Origin: a virus
Lineage: Duplodnaviria > Caudoviricetes
DNA length: 64,000 bases
Direction: 5' to 3' (one strand)
IMG/VR virus record: IMGVR_UViG_3300016471_000834
Span: 1 to 64,000 of that record
Under the pieces are notes generated by a model that saw nothing but the letters and a program-made list of their open reading frames with translations, was not told the origin of the DNA and did not search any database. Shown one piece after another: positions 1 to 8,553 of this stretch. The stretch's first letter is position 1. Each line of letters opens with the position of its first letter. The position numbers and the translations under genes were made by a program.

Positions 1-81
1 GGGGTACATCTACCAGGGGGGTGGGCGTATGGGGGGGGAGGGGGGGGGCAAATGTAGGGGGTACATCTACCAGGGGGGTGG
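1..81. repeat. Two identical 24-bp direct repeats (1-24, 58-81), iteron-like
   Basis: GGGGTACATCTACCAGGGGGGTGG twice, 57-bp period, separated by G-runs, in frame inside the wHTH ORF. Confidence 0.85.
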
Positions 82-427
82 TATTTGAGTATTCAAGAGC
101 CCAGGCGCGAATCGCCGTCAGGTTGTACCACCAGCGTGGAGCTCGTCCAGTTGGCTTCTCTCCCTCTGCTTCTCGATTCATGAGGCCAAGCGCGATCATG
201 TCCTGCACAGCGCGCTTGGCCGTCCGGTCGTCCTGTCCTGTGGCTTTGCACACTGCCGGAAACGACCGTTCATCCATCCAAAGCATCTGGTGCTCTGCCC
301 ACTGGTCATGGGTGCCAGCATAGGCCAGCATGATCCAAAGCGTGAGCTTCAGCTCCTGTCGGACGCGTTTCGCGTCCGTAAGCGCAAGAGCAGTCAGTAT
401 TTCACCCAGCAGTCTTTTATCTGCCAT
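1..427 (-). CDS. Winged-helix protein, probable phage replication initiator (partial, runs off the left edge; not in ORF track)
   Basis: Hand translation from ATG 427 stays open to position 1: MADKRLLGEIL...FPAVCKATGQDDRTAKRAVQDMIALGLM (HTH-like), then a Pro-rich linker containing direct repeats. Start overlaps the upstream stop (TGATG). Confidence 0.6.
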   Translation of the reverse strand, partial: MADKRLLGEILTALALTDAKRVRQELKLTLWIMLAYAGTHDQWAEHQMLWMDERSFPAVCKATGQDDRTAKRAVQDMIALGLMNREAEGEKPTGRAPRWWYNLTAIRAWALEYSNTTPLVDVPPTFAPPLPPHTPTPLVDVP

Positions 428-560
428 CACATCCTCGGCTCTTGACTGCACAGCCAATAAGTGTTACCTTGGTCTTGTCGCCAGGACCGCGTGCCACGGT
501 TCTGGCGATTGGAGCGATGACCCCACAACTCCAGGCGGACCCGGGCGCGTGAATTCTCCC

Positions 561-1130
561 TCACGCTGCCCGGGGTCCCGTTTTCTCCGGGAAACGCTTC
601 CGGACTGCTTCGTCCTCTACTATCCTCCGGTGCTCTTCCGGCCCTACATTCCAAAGTCCAAAGTTACCTCTCGCAGGCACATGCACATTGAGCTCGATCA
701 GTTCATCAAACTCGAGGCCAAAACGACGCGGATCGTGCCAGTCCTGCTCGATCTCCGCAGTCTCATCGGACGTCAGTGGGTCTCGAATGCCCGAGACGTG
801 GGCGAGAGCCACGATCTTCCCCAGATATGACTGAATGTCATGTGGCATAATATCAAGCCTTAGCCCGCGCTCGAGAGCCATCATCTGGATCTTCATGCAA
901 GAGCCGTCATCAGACATGCCTTCAATGTTCATCTTGCTGGAAAAGTGAATTGCCACCCACTGCCCGATGATCGAGTGCCAGCGGTCATTCCGGTTCTCGA
1001 TACGCTTCCCCAGGTGAAGGATGGCATATCCCCAGACGCCTCGAACCGTCAAGGCTTTTAGAATCTTCGGGTTGTGGGACTTCACCTTGCCTCTGTGCCC
1101 GCACTTTTCACACTCATAGGTCTGCGCCAT
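561..1130 (-). CDS. ASCH-domain protein with N-terminal Zn ribbon
   Basis: ALTVRGVWGYAILHLGKRIENR...GQWVAIH is the ASCH signature; CEKC at N-terminus. Confidence 0.8.
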   Translation of the reverse strand: MAQTYECEKCGHRGKVKSHNPKILKALTVRGVWGYAILHLGKRIENRNDRWHSIIGQWVAIHFSSKMNIEGMSDDGSCMKIQMMALERGLRLDIMPHDIQSYLGKIVALAHVSGIRDPLTSDETAEIEQDWHDPRRFGLEFDELIELNVHVPARGNFGLWNVGPEEHRRIVEDEAVRKRFPEKTGPRAA

Positions 1131-1145
1131 ATCTCCCTCCCGGCG

Positions 1146-2006
1146 TCAGAAGTTCTTAATCCAGCGGGGCTGCCTGAAGGCGTCCCGCAACAACAGCTTT
1201 TCCACATAACACTGTGCAATTCGCACCCGTATGGTCCCGTCAGGTTCGACCTCGAGCGGAATGTCCACCTCAGCGCCCAGGATACTCCCTCGACGGCTCA
1301 CAGGCCTGGGCTGATGCGGTTTCGGAGGCAACGCCCCAGAACGGATTGCCTCACTCATCCTGGCATGCTCATCAGCGACACGCTGTCGCCACTCATCCAT
1401 CAGCCGCTGGAAAGCAGGCTTCCGATACACCACCATCGCCGTGCATTCATCCGCTGGCGCCGGCTGGTCTGATGGGACATCATCGGGGACTTCCTCAGAT
1501 GCGCTGGTATCCATCCCCGTTTGCACAGTCTGCTGTGCAGCATCTCGCGAGCGTCGCTTGAGAGCCTTCATCCTCCTCGTGATGGCAATCACCGCGGCCC
1601 CTGCAAAGTCGTCTGGCGAGGACTTCGACAACGAGCTGATGATGCCGCGCTTGATTTCCAGCTCGAGGTGCCTGTAGACGTACAGCACCTGAGCACATCG
1701 AATCCGTGGGCCTACCAGCATCCCCTTCCCCGTATCGACCCGATAGGGGAAGATGCAGTCCAATGCCCAGGCGCAGACGCCCATCAGCTCACCGAACCAA
1801 TAGGCTCCGACATACACTTCCAGCTCATGTCCGGCTGTGAGCGGATCGACATCCTCAACGAACCGCTCATCGTTGGTCACGCTGTAGCGCCGGGCAATAT
1901 CGTCGGCACGACGCGAAGCCAGCTCGCGTTCATGCTCCGTAGAAGCGCCTCGAGCCAGGGCGTCCAGAGATCGTACCTGGCGGATCTTGTCCTCTCGCCT
2001 ACCCAT
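1146..2006 (-). CDS. DUF2786-type domain protein
   Basis: N-terminal KIRQVRSLDALARGASTEHERELASRRADDIARRY. Confidence 0.65.
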   Translation of the reverse strand: MGRREDKIRQVRSLDALARGASTEHERELASRRADDIARRYSVTNDERFVEDVDPLTAGHELEVYVGAYWFGELMGVCAWALDCIFPYRVDTGKGMLVGPRIRCAQVLYVYRHLELEIKRGIISSLSKSSPDDFAGAAVIAITRRMKALKRRSRDAAQQTVQTGMDTSASEEVPDDVPSDQPAPADECTAMVVYRKPAFQRLMDEWRQRVADEHARMSEAIRSGALPPKPHQPRPVSRRGSILGAEVDIPLEVEPDGTIRVRIAQCYVEKLLLRDAFRQPRWIKNF

Positions 2007-2823
2007 GCTTCAGCGCCCCCAACACCAAAAGCCACTGACTGCCTTCGGACATAGAGGCCACCCGCACAACAATGTCCGCCTCCTCTCTGGAAAGCGATCC
2101 GTGCTCCTTCAGCCGGAAGTTGCGTCTGGGGTGCTCTGCGATGAACATCTCCATCGTGCAGCTGAGGATATCAGCCTTCTTGACGAGGGCTGCAACGTCG
2201 GCCGGCACTGGCCACGCAACTCCATAGTGGCGGTGGAACTTCTCCTCCCAGGGGTGCTCGAGCGCCTTGAGGTCTGGACACGCCTGCTTCAAGCCTGCAT
2301 GCCATTCACCGATGAAGGCTTCATGGAGGTCGTGGCAGGCTCCGGCTCGCACAGTCTCCTTGGGGGCATTCCAGGAGCGCAAGATCTCCACGACCAGGGC
2401 CAAGTGAAGCAGAATCGAGCTGCGAACCACGCTATCGAACCGACTCTTTCGCACGAGGCCCTGGAAAACATCGTCGTCAACGATCGGCGTTCTGTCTGGG
2501 TCGTGATACCAGATGGCGTGTCCGCTCGCTGTGCATGACGGAATGACCTGCTTCGGAAGTTGCCAATAATGCTCGAGTACTGCATGGAGCAGGTCCGCCG
2601 CCCCCATATCTTGCCCTCCATGGCACAGCGGGCACATGAAGGCTTGCAGCCCGCCAACAGCGACACAGGCACGCGTGATGGGCTTCCCATTGTAGCCGCA
2701 AATGTTGCAGGTGTAGGTTCCCGCCGCTTCCAGCCGCTCCGCGATGCACGAGGCACAGGAACAGCCATGATCGAGTCTCTTGGCGAGGAAGCCATCAATC
2801 AGCTTCTGAAACGTAGCGGCCAT
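1999..2823 (-). CDS. HD-domain phosphohydrolase (YfbR-like) with N-terminal Zn finger
   Basis: H...CHDLHEAFIGE...LK...E...VKKAD pattern; N-terminal CxxC...CxxC. Confidence 0.7.
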   Translation of the reverse strand: MAATFQKLIDGFLAKRLDHGCSCASCIAERLEAAGTYTCNICGYNGKPITRACVAVGGLQAFMCPLCHGGQDMGAADLLHAVLEHYWQLPKQVIPSCTASGHAIWYHDPDRTPIVDDDVFQGLVRKSRFDSVVRSSILLHLALVVEILRSWNAPKETVRAGACHDLHEAFIGEWHAGLKQACPDLKALEHPWEEKFHRHYGVAWPVPADVAALVKKADILSCTMEMFIAEHPRRNFRLKEHGSLSREEADIVVRVASMSEGSQWLLVLGALKHG

Positions 2824-2857
2824 GTCTCACCTCCAATGCAAGCGTTGAGGATTTTAC

Positions 2858-5455
2858 TCAGAGACCAGTGACTCGCACCGTTCCACCACCAACATGCACA
2901 AGCACATCCGCCTGCTCCCAGACTTCCTGGTTGTGGCTGACGACCCAGCACTGATGGAAGCCGCCCAGAGACATGGCCCGGCGCAGCATGTTCATGAACA
3001 GAGGCCGGACGCTGTCGTCTAACCCATCAGTGGACTCATCGAAGTAGAGGGTCTCGAGCGGAGCTGCTGCTCGAGCCCGGTTGAAGACGCAGAGGGCCAG
3101 ACGAAGCGTGCTGTCGAAGCACACCAGCTCGCCCTTGCTTAGATCGGCCGGCAGCTTCATCTCGCCGTCCTTCGAGTCGAAGATCTCGAAGTCAAAGACC
3201 TCCTTCATCTCACCCCGGGCCGCTCGAGCCTTGTCCGTGTACGGGACCTGGGTCGTGAGTCGACAGACGAACCGGGTGCCGTAGAGCTCTCGGAGCAGCT
3301 CGTTGAGAATGGTGCTAACCTCCGGACCGGCAGCGTCCATCTTGAGGGCCTGGATGCCGTTCCGGCCCAGCCCCTTGGCCAGGAGAACCGCGCCGGACAC
3401 CTCCTCCGCTTTGCGCTCGAGACTGGTTCGGAGCGAGGGCAACTTTGCGATCTTGGCCCGCTTCTCCTTCAGCCGCCCGGAAAGCTCACCCTGGCGTAGT
3501 CGCAGGTCATCCAGCTCTTTTGAAGCGGCCTTCGCCTGCGCCTCGGCATCCGACCATGCCGATGTGGCTTGAGAGACTTCCTCACGAGCCTCGACAGGCT
3601 CCGGGGGTATGACCACCTCCTCAAGAGCCAGTCTGAACCGAGCAAGATCTGCCTCGAGCGCCTTCTGCCGCTGAAGCAGATCAGGTCGACGCGCTTCCGC
3701 GCCCAGCAACTTCTCCAGCGATCGACGGCGTGGGCCTACGTGCGCGAGTGCGGGCGAGAGGGACTGCAGCGCCGCCTGGTGTTGGGCAACATCCTCCGTG
3801 GCTCGAGCGATCTCCTCCTCAAGTTGTTTCGCTTCCTCCTTCTTCACGCCGTGGGCATGGTAGAGCCGCTGAAGCATGGCTTTCGCTTCATCGAGCTTCT
3901 CCACTCGAGCCAGAGCCGCGGTGAGCTTCCGCTCCTCCGGCTCGAGCCCGGAGATGGCACTGTCCAGGCTGGCGATCCGCTGACCGAGTTCATCAGCCTT
4001 CGTCTGGGTCTGTCGGAAGTGCAGCCCGGCTTTGGATACATCCGCAGCCTGGGCCTCTGCGGCTTCCACCTCCGCTTCGAATGTCGGGATGTCAGCCTGG
4101 GCCTTCTGCGCCTTGGTAAGAAACTGGCAGGCTGCACAGTCGTGTCCTTCCAGGACAGCACCACCGCATGGAACGCCTGCGAGGAGGCTGGCATTGGTCC
4201 GCGCAGTTTCGAGCGCGAAGCGAGCCGACTGCACACGGCGCTGTGCGTTCTGCTCGTTTGTGGCCTGCTGCTGACGTTCGTTGCGGATGGCCGTTACCAT
4301 CTCCTGATGGCGGGTTCGGAGCCGAGTCCGCTCCTCACGAGCTTCAGCCAACGGCTCGAGCTTCTGGCGCAACTCCGGAATCTTTTCAGCGTCGGCCTCG
4401 ATCTGGCGCACGTAATCCCGCTGGCTCTTCCCATCCGTTACGATGGCTGCGATGTCGGTATTGAGTCCCTCGAGCTGCTTCTTGATCCGGTTCAGATGTG
4501 ACTGTGCAGCCTGGATCTGCTGTCGGAGACCTGTCTCCTGTTTGGCGTCTTCCTCGGCCTGTGCCGCTTCAGCGCGGGTCTGCGCCGCCGACTCAATGAC
4601 CGTAGCCATTTCCGCGAGGGATGTCTCGATGTCCGTCAGATCGCCCTCAGTCCGGGCAATGTCCCCCTGGAGTTCCGACTTCCGCCTCGTCGCCGATCGC
4701 AAAGCGGTCTCGAGTGTGTGCAACGCCCCAGCCTTGCGCTCCTTCGCTTGCAACAGCTGATTCGCCTGGGCCTGCACTCCTGCAAGGTGCAGTTGCTGGG
4801 CCTGAAGGTCCACATCGTGGTCGGCAGCCTCGCGCTCGAGCTGCTGAATCTCAATCTCCACGGCTTCGAGGGAGGCGACCTCGAGCCGCATAGTCTGGAT
4901 GGAGCCAGCCAACTTATCGGCCTCCGCCTGTGCCATCTCGCACAGGATCTCGTATTCCCGGAGACCTAGCATGAAGCTGAAGAGGCTCTTGCGCTCTGCC
5001 TGCTTCATTGACATCAGCCCCGCCTGCTGACGCAGCCGGGTGCTCTCTCCGGTGTAGCAGCTGGTGCTGATGACGGACATCGGCGGATAGATCTTGCCGA
5101 TGGCCTGGTCATAATCGGGCAGCTTCCCGGAGCTGGCCGGCGCCCCGTCCACCCAGAGAAAAGCCTCTTCTTTGCCCTTCGTGGCGTCCATCAGGATCTG
5201 GTGGCGGATAGTCCGTCCCCCGTAGGAGTAGATGGCCTCGAGCTCGCTTGAGCGGCTCGTTGCCCACTTCTTGAGGGGGCCGCCGCGGATCGATCTCTCA
5301 AGCACCCCGGGCACCATGCAGTCGAGTAGCGTCGTCTTACCGGCGCCGTTGGGGCCGATGACGGCGAAGATCTTTCCAGCGGGCACATTCTCCAGATCAA
5401 GAGTTGCCATCTGGTATGTCGTAATGCCGGCCACTTTCAGCCTGAGAAGTCGCAT
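2858..5455 (-). CDS. sbcC: SbcC/Rad50-like SMC ATPase
   Basis: Walker A GPNGAGKTT, long coiled coil, central Cys hook (CGG...CAAC), signature LSKGE, Walker B LYFDE, H-loop VVSH; RBS before ATG 5455. Confidence 0.9.
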   Translation of the reverse strand: MRLLRLKVAGITTYQMATLDLENVPAGKIFAVIGPNGAGKTTLLDCMVPGVLERSIRGGPLKKWATSRSSELEAIYSYGGRTIRHQILMDATKGKEEAFLWVDGAPASSGKLPDYDQAIGKIYPPMSVISTSCYTGESTRLRQQAGLMSMKQAERKSLFSFMLGLREYEILCEMAQAEADKLAGSIQTMRLEVASLEAVEIEIQQLEREAADHDVDLQAQQLHLAGVQAQANQLLQAKERKAGALHTLETALRSATRRKSELQGDIARTEGDLTDIETSLAEMATVIESAAQTRAEAAQAEEDAKQETGLRQQIQAAQSHLNRIKKQLEGLNTDIAAIVTDGKSQRDYVRQIEADAEKIPELRQKLEPLAEAREERTRLRTRHQEMVTAIRNERQQQATNEQNAQRRVQSARFALETARTNASLLAGVPCGGAVLEGHDCAACQFLTKAQKAQADIPTFEAEVEAAEAQAADVSKAGLHFRQTQTKADELGQRIASLDSAISGLEPEERKLTAALARVEKLDEAKAMLQRLYHAHGVKKEEAKQLEEEIARATEDVAQHQAALQSLSPALAHVGPRRRSLEKLLGAEARRPDLLQRQKALEADLARFRLALEEVVIPPEPVEAREEVSQATSAWSDAEAQAKAASKELDDLRLRQGELSGRLKEKRAKIAKLPSLRTSLERKAEEVSGAVLLAKGLGRNGIQALKMDAAGPEVSTILNELLRELYGTRFVCRLTTQVPYTDKARAARGEMKEVFDFEIFDSKDGEMKLPADLSKGELVCFDSTLRLALCVFNRARAAAPLETLYFDESTDGLDDSVRPLFMNMLRRAMSLGGFHQCWVVSHNQEVWEQADVLVHVGGGTVRVTGL

Positions 5456-5498
5456 ACGTCTCTCCTGCAATCCATTCTGTTCATCTTCGCATGGGAAT

Positions 5499-5525
5499 GC
5501 CCCAGGGGGCCGAGCCCCCCAGGGC
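5499..5525 (-). other. 12-bp GC hairpin between sbcD and sbcC (RNA stability/processing element)
   Basis: GCCCTGGGGGGC-TCG-GCCCCCTGGGGC with two G-U pairs; no U-tract. Confidence 0.5.
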
Positions 5526-5540
5526 TATCGGGACCGTTTA

Positions 5541-6887
5541 CTACAGCACTGCCCCGGCCTGAAGCCGGTCTGCCTGCAACCTCGTCAACAATTCCAGAGC
5601 TCGAGCCTGCTCCCCAGCTGAGGGGACCGGCTGAAGGGTCCGCCAGTATGCCCCCAACTCCTCATCGACAGACGTCGCAGTCGCCACCTCCGGCGCCCGC
5701 ATGCGCAGCGCCACCTCAATGTCCTTGTCCTCGCGGATTCGGACAGCTCCCAGGTCATGCACCTTGGTCCGCTCCTCCGACCAGGGGCAGGATGTTCTGT
5801 GGGCTTCGGGCACCTTGAGCCGCATGCGAACTTCTGCCCCCTTCACCAGCGCGAAGAGCTGAGGATCGGGGTACTTCCGCCAGCCCACGCCCTCAAGCAC
5901 CTCGCCCCATTCGTACTCGAGGGTCAAGAATCGCCGACACCCGGTTGGGAACTGCTGCCAGCGCATGGGAATACATCCACGATCGCCGTCGTAGCCCTTG
6001 ACCGCATGCTCTTTGAGCCCGTAGGTGATGCGCTCTCCGAACGGCCAGTGAATGATCCCAGGCGCCCACGTTGATCGAGGCGGCTCGAACTCAATAGCTG
6101 TCCAGGTCGGAACACGCTCTGTCTCCCCATGGTCCTGGAACCACTGAGCCCCGGCATAAAAGCAGCGGTCTACGAGTTCTTGGGCCAAGTGCACGTGGCC
6201 AAAGGCACCGTAGTCCACCCTGAGCAGATCCAGGTCCCCCTTGGTGATCTGGATGTCCCCGCCCTGCAGAATCTCCCCTCCGGCCATCATTGATCCGCCC
6301 ACCTGAATGTGCGAGGCCAGGATCTGGGGTTCGCCCGGGCGTTCGGCTCGAGCCTGCTGGATAAGCACTGCCCAGGTCATCAAGAGCGAGCGGAGCGACT
6401 GCTCCACGGTCACATGAGCCTGTTCTGCACCGATGTCAGCGACACCCAGCAGATAGCGCTTCGTCGGCCATGGAAGCGGGTATACCGTCACGGCTCCGCG
6501 CTTCGTGTAGATCTGCTCGCCCATCGGTGACGGCCGGTCAAAGACGTAAATGGGCCACTGCCGGTCGAGCCGGGCCAGGTTGTCAAGTTCCTGATCCGGA
6601 TCGTGGTTCCCATAGACGATGACGACAGGGCCGCTCGAGGCCATCTTCATGACGGCCTCTTCCATGAGCTGGCGCTCGCGGAAGTTGGAGCGCTGCCCAG
6701 CGGTGTGCTTGTAGATGTCTCCGGTGATGAACCAGAGATCGGGGTCGAGGTGCTCGAGCGCCTGCATGACGATCCGGTCCAGGTCCGCCCGCTGGTCCTC
6801 AAAGCGAGCGTCATCCGTGATGTGCAGGTCCGAGATATGAACGCAGGTGAGGCCCTGCGGTATGAGAATGCGCTGTCCCATGCTCAC
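5541..6887 (-). CDS. sbcD: SbcD/Mre11-like metallophosphoesterase nuclease
   Basis: HISDLH, TGDIY, YGNHD, GHVH motifs; adjacent to SbcC. Confidence 0.9.
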   Translation of the reverse strand: MSMGQRILIPQGLTCVHISDLHITDDARFEDQRADLDRIVMQALEHLDPDLWFITGDIYKHTAGQRSNFRERQLMEEAVMKMASSGPVVIVYGNHDPDQELDNLARLDRQWPIYVFDRPSPMGEQIYTKRGAVTVYPLPWPTKRYLLGVADIGAEQAHVTVEQSLRSLLMTWAVLIQQARAERPGEPQILASHIQVGGSMMAGGEILQGGDIQITKGDLDLLRVDYGAFGHVHLAQELVDRCFYAGAQWFQDHGETERVPTWTAIEFEPPRSTWAPGIIHWPFGERITYGLKEHAVKGYDGDRGCIPMRWQQFPTGCRRFLTLEYEWGEVLEGVGWRKYPDPQLFALVKGAEVRMRLKVPEAHRTSCPWSEERTKVHDLGAVRIREDKDIEVALRMRAPEVATATSVDEELGAYWRTLQPVPSAGEQARALELLTRLQADRLQAGAVL

Positions 6888-8113
6888 CTCTGCACCTTGG
6901 GCTTGCCTGCCTGGTGCTGACGACAGAACAGCTTCCCATACTGCCGGAAGCTATAGTCGGCCACGCGGGGATCGAGCTCCTGGCCGCACTCTTCGCACTT
7001 ATCCATGAGGCGCTGCTGCTCCTCGAATGGATCTTCACCGGTCTGTCCCTCCGCCCCCTGCTGGCTCGAGTCAGACAAACCCTGGAACATGGTCTGCTGC
7101 CCCTGGCCACCCGATGTTTCCTGAGTCGTCTGCTGGGGACGGCTCTGCTGCGGGGGAGGCGGGCCATAGTCGTCGTCATCGTCCATGTACGGGGGCGGTT
7201 CCTGGCCGGCGCCTAACGCACGCGGAGCGGGAGGGCCCGGCAGATACTGAGTGCCGAGATATCCAACACCCTGGGTCGGCAATGCCGGCGCTTTGGGACC
7301 GCCGTATACCTGATCGACAATGCCAAGCGCGTTTGCCGCCACCATCTTGGCGACCTCTGGATTGCTCATATCGAGCTGCGGGACGAGCACCACAAGCACG
7401 AAGGGCTTCAGCGCCTCCTGGCGGGTATAGGACCGGATGCCAAAGTGCTCGCGCAGAGCCCTGAGCTTCGCTTTGGTCTCCGCGTGGGCGAGGATGTGAT
7501 ACCGCAGGCTGTAGATCTGCTCTTCCGTCATCCGTTCCTTCTTCTTCTGGTAGATCTTGAAGAGCTGATCGCTGCCCTCTCGAAGGTCCACTTCCTTTTC
7601 TCCCGTGATGGTTTTGATCCGCCCGTCTGTATTGAGGACGCGGCCAACGGCCCGGTACATGCAATAGTGCGGATCCATTCCGTTGTCGACCCGGCCACAT
7701 TCAGCAGAGATCCAGCTCACAGCTCCCAGGTCCTGGAGCTTGTTCAGGCTGGACTTCGTGAAAGCCAGGTTGCCCCCTTGAACGATGTAGAAGTCACCAT
7801 TGCTTTTCGCCTTTTCCTGGTCTTCCGTGAAGGTGCCATTGAAGGACACCATTTTGAAGTCCAGCGCGAAACCGGCCGGCACCGCTGAGAGGCTCATGGC
7901 GCCGATGATGTTGAAGTTCTGTCGCAGGATATCCAACTTCCCGGCCACCGCTCCAAACTTGTCAGCGGTGATGACGCCCGTGCCAAAGCCCGCCTGTTGA
8001 AGCGTGACGACCGTCGTGGTCTGCCGCTCCTGCTGCCCGCGAGGCTGTTGATAGTTGCCGCCCCGCTGCCCCTGCCATTGCTGGCCCCTGTTGTAATTTC
8101 CGTTGCCGCTCAT
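6884..8113 (-). CDS. Putative single-strand annealing protein with Q/G-rich tails and C-terminal Zn ribbon
   Basis: Next to SbcCD; core ending AHAETKAKLRALR; disordered linker; CEECG...FCRQH. Confidence 0.4.
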   Translation of the reverse strand: MSGNGNYNRGQQWQGQRGGNYQQPRGQQERQTTTVVTLQQAGFGTGVITADKFGAVAGKLDILRQNFNIIGAMSLSAVPAGFALDFKMVSFNGTFTEDQEKAKSNGDFYIVQGGNLAFTKSSLNKLQDLGAVSWISAECGRVDNGMDPHYCMYRAVGRVLNTDGRIKTITGEKEVDLREGSDQLFKIYQKKKERMTEEQIYSLRYHILAHAETKAKLRALREHFGIRSYTRQEALKPFVLVVLVPQLDMSNPEVAKMVAANALGIVDQVYGGPKAPALPTQGVGYLGTQYLPGPPAPRALGAGQEPPPYMDDDDDYGPPPPQQSRPQQTTQETSGGQGQQTMFQGLSDSSQQGAEGQTGEDPFEEQQRLMDKCEECGQELDPRVADYSFRQYGKLFCRQHQAGKPKVQR

Positions 8114-8553
8114 TCTGAATCCTCCTCGCTATTGTTGGTGTAAAGGACTGCCCCTGTGCGGTTGAGCACGGCAGCCCCTTCGTCTGTCAGGCTGAGGTGA
8201 GCGCTCTCGGCCTGAATGAAGCCCTCGTCAATCAGCCCATCCAGCAGCTTCCGCCGCACGGGCTTCCCGCTCAGCATGTAGTGGCGTCCTTTGAGCTTGA
8301 GAGCCCCATCCTTTACCGACTGAAGGATGACCAGATCCTGGGGCACGACGACGGGCCGATCCAGACTCTGGGGGTCCACTCCGACCGCATGGCATAGTTG
8401 GTCAATCCGGTCCAGACTGAGCGAGTATTTCCCGCTGAGGTATCCGCTCAGCGTGGCCGGGTCCAAGTCAACCCGCTGTGCCAATTCTTGCAGCTGTACC
8501 GACTCGCACACTCGCCGGAGTCGATGGCGTTTCCGCGTGTTCCAGAGGCTCAT
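8110..8553 (-). CDS. XRE-family HTH regulator with C-terminal winged helix
   Basis: LQELAQRVDLDPATLSGYLSGKYSLSLDRIDQLCHAVGV. Confidence 0.8.
   Translation of the reverse strand: MSLWNTRKRHRLRRVCESVQLQELAQRVDLDPATLSGYLSGKYSLSLDRIDQLCHAVGVDPQSLDRPVVVPQDLVILQSVKDGALKLKGRHYMLSGKPVRRKLLDGLIDEGFIQAESAHLSLTDEGAAVLNRTGAVLYTNNSEEDSE

Noticed and set aside
1-81. 24-bp repeat / 33-bp spacer geometry resembling a CRISPR array
   Set aside because: Only two copies, the spacer is a low-complexity G-run, the unit is in frame within an ORF, and there are no cas genes. Iterons fit better, though the window edge limits certainty.
1999-2823. 2-aminoadenine (Z-genome) pathway
   Set aside because: No PurZ, MazZ or DpoZ homologue is recognisable in the window; an HD hydrolase alone is insufficient.
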